Of a stretch of 64,000 bases of DNA, positions 49,899 through 58,926 are shown piece by piece. This stretch comes from Candidatus Delongbacteria bacterium. GTDB lineage: Bacteria; CAIWAD01. The DNA lies in assembly GCA_963663545.1 (NCBI GenBank), contig OY760505.1:3200001-3264000 (forward strand), read 5' to 3'. The translations under genes and the position numbers were made by a program. Position 1 is the first letter of the stretch; every line of letters starts with the position of its first letter. The notes under the pieces were generated by a model. That model ran no database searches, was not told the origin of the DNA, and worked only from the letters and a program-made list of their open reading frames with translations.

Positions 49899-52322
49899 AT
49901 GATTACACGTACTACAACAATTCTGAGCCTGGCTCTGAGTCTGGGCCTTGGCCTGAACGCGCTGGCGCTGGACGCACCTCGTCTGCAGATTGAGCGGACC
50001 GAGACCGGCACTCTGGTGCTAGGCTGGCAGGCGGTTGCGGGAGCCGAAGGCTACGCGATCTATAGCATGAACGAGGCCTGGGGCACGGGCACTTTGCTGG
50101 CCGAGGTCGGCGCAGAGGTTCTCAGTTACACACTCAGCGGCGGTGATACATTCTACTATGTGACCTGCCGGGGAAACGAGAGTGGTGATACAAATCTGAT
50201 TGCGAACTGGGACTTCGAGAGCGGCGATCTTGCTGACTGGACCGTGACTTCGGCGGAAGGGGCCGAGGTGAGTATCACAGGCCTCAATGGTCCCGCTTCT
50301 ACGGGCGAGTACAGCGCGTATTTGAACAACGATTTCCTGGCCTTCGGATTGGTGCTGAAACAGTCCACGCCTATCGGTTCGGCGAGCGCAGGAAATGTGG
50401 ACTGGTCCTTCGACATGCTGTTGGATCAGGCCGATGTGGGGGGCGTATTCTTTGCCGAAGTCTTTGCCGAGCAATACGGCACGGGCATTCTGGGCGGCAG
50501 CGGTCTGCAGGGCCCCTTCTGGCCCTGGGCAAACTGGCAGACCTTCAGCGGCAGTTTTGAGGCACCGGCGGGCACCGACTTCCTGACGATTCAATTCACG
50601 GCAACTACCGGAGCCGCCACGGGCAGCAACTGCAGGGCGCACATCGACAACGTCTTTGTGTCACAGGGCACCGTGGTTGTAACACCAGATGACGTACCCA
50701 CAATAGCCGCACCCACGCCGACGGTCAGCGCCGATAGTGTGATTGCCCTTTTCAGCAATGCCTATTCTTGTGTCACGGTGGATACTTGGAGTGCTAACTG
50801 GGACGACGCAGATTTGTGTGATACGCTGATTGCCGGCAACGATACCAAGCTCTACCGCGATCTGGTCTACGCTGGCGTTGAGTTCACCAGTCAGCCAGTA
50901 GACGCAAGTGAGATGAGTCATTTTCACATGGATCTCTGGACGCCGGAGGAGACTAGCGCGGCCCAGTTCGGCATCAAGCTGGTGGACTTCGGCGCAGACG
51001 GAGCCTACGACGGCGGTGACGATGCGGAGCATACCGTTTGGATCACAGGCGCTTCTGCTACGCCGCTGCAGAGCGGCAGCTGGGTCAGCGTCGATGTATC
51101 ACTGGACGACTTCAGCAGCCTGGCGGCCAGAGCGCACCTGGCGCAACTAGTGCTGGAAGGTCTGAGCACCGTCTACATCGACAACGTCTACTTCCGTGGA
51201 GGAGACGGCGGTAGCGGCCCCGTGCCCGAATCGCCTCAGCAGGCGGCACCCGTTCCCACGCTGGATCCCACCAATGTGCTGGCCTTGTACAGCGACAGTT
51301 ATCCGCAGCATCCGGTGGACACCTGGTCCGCTGGCTGGGACTCGGCGGATCTGGCCGAGGAGACGCTGAGCGGCAACAGCCTGTTGCATTACAGCAACAT
51401 GGCCTACGCCGGAGTGGAATTCACCAGCGAGCCCATTGACGCCTATGGCTACTCGCATCTGCATTTCGATCTATGGACGGCACAGTCGACCGCGCTTCCG
51501 CGCAGCTTCACCGTGCGTTTGGTGGATTTCGGTTCTACCGGCGTCTACGGTGGCGGCGATGACAGCGAGAGCGATGTGGCGGTGAATGCGACCTCCACGC
51601 CTCCGCTTGCGGCTGGCCACTGGTTGAGCTACGACCTGCCGCTCACCGATTTCAGCGCCCTTAACGACGACGCGCACCTGGCGCAACTGCTCTGGCTGGG
51701 TGATCTTAGCGAGTTCTGGGTGGACAACGTCTACTTCTATAATGATGGCAGCTTCACGCCTTCCACCGAGCCGCAGGAGGCTGCCGCCACGCCGCTCCTG
51801 CCGGAGACCGAGGTCGTCTCGCTCTATTGCAGTGTGTACGCCGACGAACCCATTGCCGCCTGGAGTGCGGCGGGCGAGAGCGTGCAGATTCAGCAGATCG
51901 CGCTGGAAGGCGACGCCACTTTGCTCTTCACCGAGCTGGAGCAGGCCAGCATCAGTCTGGAGTACGCTACGGATCTGGCGCTGATGAGTCACTTGCATCT
52001 GGATCTTTGGACGCCGGAGGACGTGGCGCTTCCCGCCAACTTCTGCATCGAACTCATCGATTGGGGCGCCAATGCTGCCCCCGGTGGCGGTGATGATTCG
52101 AGCCAGGAGCTTTGCCTGACGGCGGCCACCTCACCCGCGTTGCGCCAGGGACGCTGGCTGAGCCTGAACCTGCCGCTGAGTTCCTTTGCCAACATCGGTT
52201 CGCTGGAACACTTCGGCGGACTGCGGCTGAGCGGCGATCTGCCGACGATCTATCTGGATAACTTGTACTTCTACACGATCTGCTACCCCACCAGTCGTAC
52301 AGATCTCATCTACTTCCGTTGA
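49899..52322 (+). CDS. Paralogue of 45569-47935 (3 CBM-like repeats, last one diverged)
   Basis: Same domain order with long near-identical blocks. Confidence 0.8.
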   Translation: MITRTTTILSLALSLGLGLNALALDAPRLQIERTETGTLVLGWQAVAGAEGYAIYSMNEAWGTGTLLAEVGAEVLSYTLSGGDTFYYVTCRGNESGDTNLIANWDFESGDLADWTVTSAEGAEVSITGLNGPASTGEYSAYLNNDFLAFGLVLKQSTPIGSASAGNVDWSFDMLLDQADVGGVFFAEVFAEQYGTGILGGSGLQGPFWPWANWQTFSGSFEAPAGTDFLTIQFTATTGAATGSNCRAHIDNVFVSQGTVVVTPDDVPTIAAPTPTVSADSVIALFSNAYSCVTVDTWSANWDDADLCDTLIAGNDTKLYRDLVYAGVEFTSQPVDASEMSHFHMDLWTPEETSAAQFGIKLVDFGADGAYDGGDDAEHTVWITGASATPLQSGSWVSVDVSLDDFSSLAARAHLAQLVLEGLSTVYIDNVYFRGGDGGSGPVPESPQQAAPVPTLDPTNVLALYSDSYPQHPVDTWSAGWDSADLAEETLSGNSLLHYSNMAYAGVEFTSEPIDAYGYSHLHFDLWTAQSTALPRSFTVRLVDFGSTGVYGGGDDSESDVAVNATSTPPLAAGHWLSYDLPLTDFSALNDDAHLAQLLWLGDLSEFWVDNVYFYNDGSFTPSTEPQEAAATPLLPETEVVSLYCSVYADEPIAAWSAAGESVQIQQIALEGDATLLFTELEQASISLEYATDLALMSHLHLDLWTPEDVALPANFCIELIDWGANAAPGGGDDSSQELCLTAATSPALRQGRWLSLNLPLSSFANIGSLEHFGGLRLSGDLPTIYLDNLYFYTICYPTSRTDLIYFR

Positions 52323-52417
52323 TCCTTATGAAGAAATCGTACTTTGCTCCCGACACAGAACACGTGACGATTGGAGGAGGCCTGCCTCAGGTCTGGCTTC
52401 CGGGGAGCAAAGTATCC

Positions 52418-53638
52418 ATGGTTAGTGGCAGCAGTCTGGGACTGAAGCGTTCGCAGCCCTTGTCGGACGCCATTCTTAAACTCATCTGGGAACAGCGACG
52501 CATCTCGCGCGCCGACATTGCCCGGCAGACGGGACTGGCCAAGTCCACGGTCAGCGAAGTGGTCGGCAACATGCTTAAAACCGACATGGTCTGCGAGACC
52601 GGCACCGGGGCTTCGGGCGGTGGACGGCAGCCGATCATTCTGGAATTCCAGGACGAGGCGCGCTGTATTCTGGGCGTCGAGATCGGCGCCACCCACGTGG
52701 CCGTCGCGCTTACCGATATGCGGGCGCGCATTCTGGCCTGGGCCGAGGCCGATCATCCCGTGCGTAGCGATCCGGTGGGAACGCGCGCGCTCATTGGCCG
52801 ACTCTGCCAGCAGTGCCTGGACAACTGGGGCGGCGAGGCGCATCGGCTGATGGGCATCGGCATCGGCGTGCCCAGCCCCGTCGACCCGCACCGGCCCGAG
52901 GAGCTCTCCGAGGTCGTGATTCCCGCCTGGCAGGGAAAGGTCGGTCTGGGCGCACTGCGCGAGCGCTACATGGTTCCGCTTTACGTGGACAACGACGCCA
53001 ACCTGGGTGCGCTCAGCGAGTACTGGTGGGGCGCCGGTCGCGGCATCGACGATTTCATTTACATCAAGGCGGCCACCGGTATTGGCGCTGGCTACATTCT
53101 GGACGGGCGCATTTACAAAGGCGGCATGGGGTACGCGGGGGAAATCGGTCATTTGGCCATCGATCCCGACGGGAAGCCCTGCCTGTGCGGAATGCGCGGC
53201 TGCCTGGTAACGAAAGTGGGTGCCGACGCGCTGGTGGAGCGCGCGCAGACGCTGTGCGCAGAGGGGAAGGCGGACAGTCCGCTTTGCCATCAGACCCTCA
53301 ACCTGCAGGCCATCGAGCGCGCCGCGCGGGCCAATGATCCGCTGGCCCTGCAGATCGTCAACGAAGCTGCGGAAGCCTTTGGCATCGCCATTGCCGGCCT
53401 GCTGAACGTGCTCAATCCCAGTGCCATTGTGCTGGGCGGCAGCCTGGCCGATCTGGGTCTGCAGCTGCTCGAACCCCTGAAGCGCGCCGTAGAGAGCCGC
53501 ACCATTCTGAGTCGACACGCGCCAACCGTGATCAAAACCGGCCAACTGGGCTCCCAATCGGTGGCCCTGGGTGCCGCAACCCTGGTATTGAAGGAGGCGC
53601 TGGACAATCCGCGTCTGCTTCCCGAACTGAACCTGTGA
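52418..53638 (+). CDS. ROK-family transcriptional repressor (XylR/NagC-like)
   Basis: ISRADIARQTGLAKSTVS HTH; GGRQP; DNDAN; GEIGH; CLCGMRGCL. Confidence 0.95.
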   Translation: MVSGSSLGLKRSQPLSDAILKLIWEQRRISRADIARQTGLAKSTVSEVVGNMLKTDMVCETGTGASGGGRQPIILEFQDEARCILGVEIGATHVAVALTDMRARILAWAEADHPVRSDPVGTRALIGRLCQQCLDNWGGEAHRLMGIGIGVPSPVDPHRPEELSEVVIPAWQGKVGLGALRERYMVPLYVDNDANLGALSEYWWGAGRGIDDFIYIKAATGIGAGYILDGRIYKGGMGYAGEIGHLAIDPDGKPCLCGMRGCLVTKVGADALVERAQTLCAEGKADSPLCHQTLNLQAIERAARANDPLALQIVNEAAEAFGIAIAGLLNVLNPSAIVLGGSLADLGLQLLEPLKRAVESRTILSRHAPTVIKTGQLGSQSVALGAATLVLKEALDNPRLLPELNL

Positions 53639-53645
53639 GGAGCCC

Positions 53646-54485
53646 ATGTTCCGCTTACCCGCTTTGCTCGCCCGGACCATCACACCCCTTTTGTTGACTG
53701 GAGTGGCTATGGCTGCAGTGCCCCGCCCCATGCCCAAGGCTGTTGATGCTGCCCCCACTCAGCGGGAGTGGAACCTGGTGTGGCAGGACGAATTCGAGGG
53801 TCCAATTGATCAGCTCCCCGACGCCAGCCGCTGGGGCTACGACATTGGTACCAACTGGGGCAACAACCAGCTCGAATGGGACAGCGACCGGCCCGAGAAC
53901 GTCAGCCTGGATGGAGAAGGCCATTTGCGTCTGATCGCGCGACAGGAAAGCCTGAATGGTTGCGCTTACAGCTCGGCGCGTATTGTGACACGCGATCTCT
54001 ACGAACCGACGTATGGCCGCTACGAAGCACGCATGAAGTTGCCCGTCGGCCAGGGCATCTGGCCTGCCTTCTGGCTGCTGGGCGCCAACATCGAAGAGAC
54101 TCCCTGGCCCGGCTGTGGCGAAGTGGACATTATGGAGTACCGTGGTCAGCAGCCGCAGATCAACTGGGGCACCGTGCACGGCCCGGGCTACAGCGGCGGT
54201 GGTGGCGTGTCCCACATCTTTGATCTCGAAAGCGGCGGCTTTCATCAGGATTTCCATGTCTTCGCCGTCGAGTGGGGCGAGGACTACATCCAGTGGGAGA
54301 TCGACGGTGAAGTCTACGGTCGCGTGACGCCCTCCGACCTGAACGGGGACTGGGTTTTCAACCATCCCTTCTACATCATCATCAACATCGCGGTGGGTGG
54401 CAGCTTTGTCGGTTCGCCGGATAGTTGCACAAGGTTTCCGCAGACGATGCTGGTGGACTGGGTCCGAGTGTATCAGGAGGGCTAG
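53646..54485 (+). CDS. GH16 beta-1,3-glucanase
   Basis: VWQDEF, WGNNQ, IWPAFWLLG, GEVDIME. Confidence 0.93.
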   Translation: MFRLPALLARTITPLLLTGVAMAAVPRPMPKAVDAAPTQREWNLVWQDEFEGPIDQLPDASRWGYDIGTNWGNNQLEWDSDRPENVSLDGEGHLRLIARQESLNGCAYSSARIVTRDLYEPTYGRYEARMKLPVGQGIWPAFWLLGANIEETPWPGCGEVDIMEYRGQQPQINWGTVHGPGYSGGGGVSHIFDLESGGFHQDFHVFAVEWGEDYIQWEIDGEVYGRVTPSDLNGDWVFNHPFYIIINIAVGGSFVGSPDSCTRFPQTMLVDWVRVYQEG

Positions 54486-54692
54486 CCCCCCCCAATTCCC
54501 CCCCAATTCCCCCCCATTCTTCCCATCGCTATCGGTATCGGTACTCGCTATCGGTATCGAGTCTTTCCCCGCGAGGCGGTCTTGTCGCTAGCAGCTGACC
54601 TTGACTCGGTCTCGGGTTTTCTTCTTTTGTGATACACAGGGAGCGGATGAAAGTCCGCTCTTCTCTTAATCGGTATCGGTATCGGTATCCGA
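54486..54692. repeat. Simple repeats: C7-8/AATT tracts and ATCG(G/C)T hexamer arrays
   Basis: Three C-runs 54486-54515; ATCGGT/ATCGCT arrays about 54526-54559 and 54669-54689. Confidence 0.8.
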
Positions 54693-54863
54693 CTTGGCTC
54701 CGCAAGTCGGCGGGATCGAGGCACTGCCGCACAGCCTACCCTATGTAGCCTATGGACGAAGGCGTGCTACTTTTTAGAACGACGCTGACAGCAGAGTTCA
54801 ATAGCACGACTTCGTCGAGGTCACGTGCGTAGCGCGTGACACGCCTGCGGCGGGCGAAGACAA

Positions 54864-54902
54864 GTTACTTTCTTTGTCGCGCCAAAGAAAGTAACAAAGA
54901 AA
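54864..54902. repeat. REP/MITE-like palindrome
   Basis: GTTACTTTCTTTG-TCGCGC-CAAAGAAAGTAAC-AAAGAAA. Confidence 0.65.
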
Positions 54903-55253
54903 GCGCTTTTTCCCTCCGACCAGAGGACAGTTGACCGCTGGTCAACTGCCGCTGGCGGGTACCATATGTTGGCTGCGAGGCAACGCTCATGTATTCACGC
55001 CTTCGGCGTTCATTCCTGCCCTTCGGGCATTTGGGTGAGCTTGATGTGGGGTAGGGGGGCTGCGTGGCTGAGGAATCGGCAGCCGATTCTTCGTCTGCTC
55101 TTCGACAGGATGCCATTGTATCCTATGGGCGAAGCCGTGCAGATTCGCAGCGCGGCGCAGATGGCAAAGACCTGATGCACGGCCTCGTCGAGGTGTCATG
55201 CGCGAAGCGCAGGACACACTCACACAAGCGCCAAAGGCGCGATCGATCATAAC

Positions 55254-55647
55254 CTAGAGCAGCGAGGCCTGCAGACGGAAGACACCCTCAAGGTTGTCCA
55301 GCAGCGACCGGACTTCCTGCCATGAAAGCACAACCGGGATATGCTTTGATGGCTTGGCTTTCGTGAAGCTTGAGAACTCACCGATTTCATGGTGTAGAAC
55401 ATTTCGGTACAGGAAAACGATGGCGCAAAGGGCTTGGGTCTGAGTGGAAAGGGGCCACGCGTTGGTGGACGGCAAGATGGGACAGGAAGTCTTCTACAGC
55501 GCTTGGATTGAGCTCAATGGGATGTTGAAGCTTATTGTATCTCAAGAAACTGAGGATCCAGTGCCAATAGACACGCTCGGTGCTTTCGCTAAGATGCTGC
55601 CTACGGCGTGATGCATGGAACAGGTCTCGTAGTCTTTGTCCTGTCAT
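55254..55647 (-). pseudogene. intI: Integron integrase, frameshifted and truncated
   Basis: HLSESTERVYWHWI...HP..L....VEDFLSHLA...VAP | STQTQALCAIVFLYRNVL...IPVVLS..EV; +1 frameshift near 55449; stop where YG..LR is expected; catalytic half absent. Confidence 0.9.
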
Positions 55648-55685
55648 GTTAACTCCACCCCGTTAAGTACGTAGCTGTTGTCAGG

Positions 55686-55925
55686 ATAAGAGAGTAACAT
55701 GGACAGCTCAAGAACTTGGGCGCTCAGCTAACAAGTTCGATTTCGAGTGTCGGTCTTTCTTGACAAGGATGTGTTTTTCCTTGTTCTACCTATGTAGGAT
55801 ATGCGATCTTAGGTCCGTGCTTGGCTGGATACACAGGAATACAGCAATGCGAACATCGGACATAGCAGGACCAAGAGAAGTGCGGATGGACGGGATAACA
55901 CGGTCCGTTGAATCAGATGTTATAC
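55686..55925 (+). promoter_or_regulatory. attI/Pc region, copy 1
   Basis: Upstream of divergent intI; TTGACA 55760; ends GTTATAC (55919), complement of GTATAAC closing the first cassette. Confidence 0.8.
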
Positions 55926-55939
55926 ACAAAGAGGGTAGA

Positions 55940-57325
55940 GTGATTAAGGACCACATTTTCGCTGAAAGAACTCAGCAATCCTCGATTTCGAGGAACTCGA
56001 AAAGAGAAGAGTTCCTCAGCGACCGCTCTAGAATTGTCTTTTCATCATCTTTCAGAAGAATGATGCAAAAGGCACAAGTGTTCTCGCTGGAGTCGAATAC
56101 AAGTGTTCGCAATAGATTGACACACTCTCTGGAGGTGGCAGACATTGGAAGAACGCTTACGCGATCACTTGGGAGAGAGTTGGTTCGAAGAAAATTGGCA
56201 ACAACTGACGATGTTGATTGCATGGAGACAATAATTGAAAGTGCGTGCCTAATTCACGATATTGGAAATCCACCATTTGGACATTTTGGCGAAGAGGCAA
56301 TAAAAAGTTGGTTTCGTCAAGAAGCAAGTGATTATGCGAAAAAACATTTTGATGAATTTGATTTGGATGAAGATAGAGATAGACAATTTCATGACTTCTA
56401 TAACTTTGATGGAAATCCGCAAGGATTTAGAATTGTTACTAAGCTCCATTCTGAAAGGGATTATAATGGGCTGAATTTGACATATTCAACGCTACTTGCG
56501 TCAGTCAAGTATCCAAAATCACTGAACATTCCTGCATACAGTGATTTCTATTCAAAGAAAGTGGGGGTCTTCTCAAAAGAAGAGGGCCTGTATAGGGATA
56601 TTTGCAAGAAGACGGGCGTAGTACCTGGAAAACGTTATTTCCTTGTCTACCTTATGGAATTGGCTGACGATATTTGCTATTGCTTGAGTGATATTGCCGA
56701 TGGATTTGAGAAGGGAATAATCACATCAAGAGACTTTAAGCATGAGTTTAAAGAGATTTGCAAAGCTGAAGGTGTCAAATCAGAAGATTTTGTTCCCAAA
56801 GAACCTATTGAGAATTTTGGATTGCAGTTTTCAATTAATCTTGCAAGACGCACAATTTCAGAGGCCATCGAATACGTTTCCAATAACCTGGCGAACTTCA
56901 TTGCCGGAGAGGAACAGGAGATCTCCAAGTCTATTGAAGCCGGTAAAGTGCTGGATTGCTTGAAGAGTTATTCGAGAAAGTTTATATACACAGAGCGCGA
57001 GGTTCAGCGAATAGAAATCGCTGGAAATCAGATTGTCCGTGGTCTGTTAAATCACTACGGAAAGCTTCTTGGGGTAGATGCAGGGCATTTCTCCTACTTC
57101 ATTCAAAAGGGCGGAGTGCCAAAAGGGTCTTCACTCGATACGGAATGGCGAGTATTCAACCAGATTTCAAAGAGAATGTTGAAGATTTACAGATACGAAT
57201 CCAAGAACAAAACAGGGTATGAAGAGTGGTTGTGTAGAGCACGGTTACTTGTGGATTTCGTATCTGGCATGACGGATAATTGGGCTCTAAAAGTATATCA
57301 AAACTTCATGGGGATCAGTCTTTGA
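55940..57325 (+). CDS. dgt: dGTP triphosphohydrolase (HD domain), integron cassette
   Basis: DRSRI..SSSFRRM..KAQVF, RNRLTHSLEV, HDIGNPPFGHFGE, FDGNPQG, ADDICY, DFVSGMTD. Confidence 0.95.
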   Translation: MIKDHIFAERTQQSSISRNSKREEFLSDRSRIVFSSSFRRMMQKAQVFSLESNTSVRNRLTHSLEVADIGRTLTRSLGRELVRRKLATTDDVDCMETIIESACLIHDIGNPPFGHFGEEAIKSWFRQEASDYAKKHFDEFDLDEDRDRQFHDFYNFDGNPQGFRIVTKLHSERDYNGLNLTYSTLLASVKYPKSLNIPAYSDFYSKKVGVFSKEEGLYRDICKKTGVVPGKRYFLVYLMELADDICYCLSDIADGFEKGIITSRDFKHEFKEICKAEGVKSEDFVPKEPIENFGLQFSINLARRTISEAIEYVSNNLANFIAGEEQEISKSIEAGKVLDCLKSYSRKFIYTEREVQRIEIAGNQIVRGLLNHYGKLLGVDAGHFSYFIQKGGVPKGSSLDTEWRVFNQISKRMLKIYRYESKNKTGYEEWLCRARLLVDFVSGMTDNWALKVYQNFMGISL

Positions 57326-57331
57326 TTTTGT

Positions 57332-57505
57332 GTATAACAAGAACTTGCAATTGACCCGCCCAGCGTCACGCCGCTTGCACAGGCGCCGCTGAGCTGGCAA
57401 AAGGCCTTCGGCCATTTTGCCTTCAGTATCTTGCTTCGCAAGTCACGGGAAATCGGTGGCAAGCGTCGCGCCACTAGACGGGCAATAGAAGTTTGATCGT
57501 TAGGT
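57332..57505 (+). other. attC site
   Basis: R'' GTATAAC, R' GTTAGGT; AACTTGCAATTGACCCG pairs with CGGGCAATAGAAGTT; internal hairpins. Confidence 0.85.
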
Positions 57506-57585
57506 GCATCAGTCTAGATAAGGAGCATTCATCATTCATTGCAATAGCACATTAATCTACTAGGTGTAACTAGGAAGAAGCAGCG

Positions 57586-58926
57586 ATGGCTTTTTGTCAC
57601 ACAGATTTCTGGACTACCAAGCTTGGTGAAGTAGATTTCTCTAGGCTTGGATCGGATTCAATTCAAGTGAAAGGAACCAGGTATCGGCAACCGAACAGGT
57701 GTCTAGAGATTTTTGGTAATACGGTTGATGGGCCTTGGCCATCAGAGGAGATTCCGATCAGGTATAGGAAGCTCAAAGAGGGTGTATACTCTTTGGATCT
57801 AGAGGGTGGAGGACAACTGGAGTTAGGTCCTCAGATACCCCAGCCTCCATACAGTTGGGGAGTATGCGACTCAGAGGTACTTATTCAGAGCTTCTCCTAT
57901 ACAACAAATGCAGTGTTTAGAGTTCTAGATGGCCTAGCGAAAATCAATAGTGTTCCTGCGAAGCAGATCGATGTCTTGCTAGATGAAGTATGCAAAGTGA
58001 TATCAAGGGTATATAGAATTGATAATGGTCATTTTGCCCAATGCATCAATAACAATGTTAATATGTACATTATTTCGAAATCAGTTGAAGCTGTAGTCGG
58101 AAAAGCCGTGTATGATTGCGTAAACCAGGAACCGACACTTGCTAGCAACACACTCTACGGCACACTTCGAGAGTTGCCTAGATATATATGCGCTGACCTT
58201 CGTGAGCAGATTGCACTAGCAATTGGAAGGGGATTTGCGCAATATGAGCATTTAGTGACAGAAAAACCATCAAGTGAAGATATTAGTCATCATGTGTTTG
58301 ATCAAACTGTTGCCTACTCTGGTGGGAGAATATCGATAGATAATCGAAATCACTTTATAGGCAGACTTAATCAAGCAGAAGAAGCTGGAGGAACTCTGAG
58401 ATTGTGTGTAATACTTGATGATGTATCGGAGTCAGTATTTGATCTGTGTTGGATACAGCAAGCTATCATGAAGTATAGTTGTTTAAGCGTATACATATTG
58501 GTGAATGTGTTTCAAGTAAGTATCAATGTTTCTAGTCGATGTTTATCAGAAATGATTAAGGATGATGCATTCCGTGCGTTGAGAGAGTATGTTGGAAAGC
58601 GAGTGTTCATTCGGAAAACAGAGTGCCCGTTGATATCATTCCAGATGACAACTTTTTCGAGTAAAGATATAGACTTAATAAATAAATCAGATATTGTTTA
58701 CGTAAAGGGGTTGAATTTCTTTGAGACATGCCAGATCAGGCACAAAGAAGTTTATTATTCTTTCGTTGTATATGGCCCAACATCACAGCAAATAACAGGA
58801 CTCAATGATTTGGAATCCGTCTTTGCGTTCGTTCCTGCTGGCGAAGTTGGCTACTCACATTCTGCGTGCAAAAGCAGAATAATAACACTCGCTGACAAAA
58901 CAAGACTATGGGGACACGGATGTTAG
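57586..58926 (+). CDS. Divergent ARMT1/DUF89-like metal-dependent phosphatase with extra N-terminal domain
   Basis: ILDDVSESVFD resembles DNAGEIVFD; SDIVYVKGLNFFET resembles DLIISKGxxNFE. Confidence 0.6.
   Translation: MAFCHTDFWTTKLGEVDFSRLGSDSIQVKGTRYRQPNRCLEIFGNTVDGPWPSEEIPIRYRKLKEGVYSLDLEGGGQLELGPQIPQPPYSWGVCDSEVLIQSFSYTTNAVFRVLDGLAKINSVPAKQIDVLLDEVCKVISRVYRIDNGHFAQCINNNVNMYIISKSVEAVVGKAVYDCVNQEPTLASNTLYGTLRELPRYICADLREQIALAIGRGFAQYEHLVTEKPSSEDISHHVFDQTVAYSGGRISIDNRNHFIGRLNQAEEAGGTLRLCVILDDVSESVFDLCWIQQAIMKYSCLSVYILVNVFQVSINVSSRCLSEMIKDDAFRALREYVGKRVFIRKTECPLISFQMTTFSSKDIDLINKSDIVYVKGLNFFETCQIRHKEVYYSFVVYGPTSQQITGLNDLESVFAFVPAGEVGYSHSACKSRIITLADKTRLWGHGC

Noticed and set aside
52310..53758. 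Long antisense ORFs (also 3524-4705, 1907-2752, 46889-47989)
   Set aside because: Shadows of GC-rich genes on the opposite strand with no recognisable motifs.
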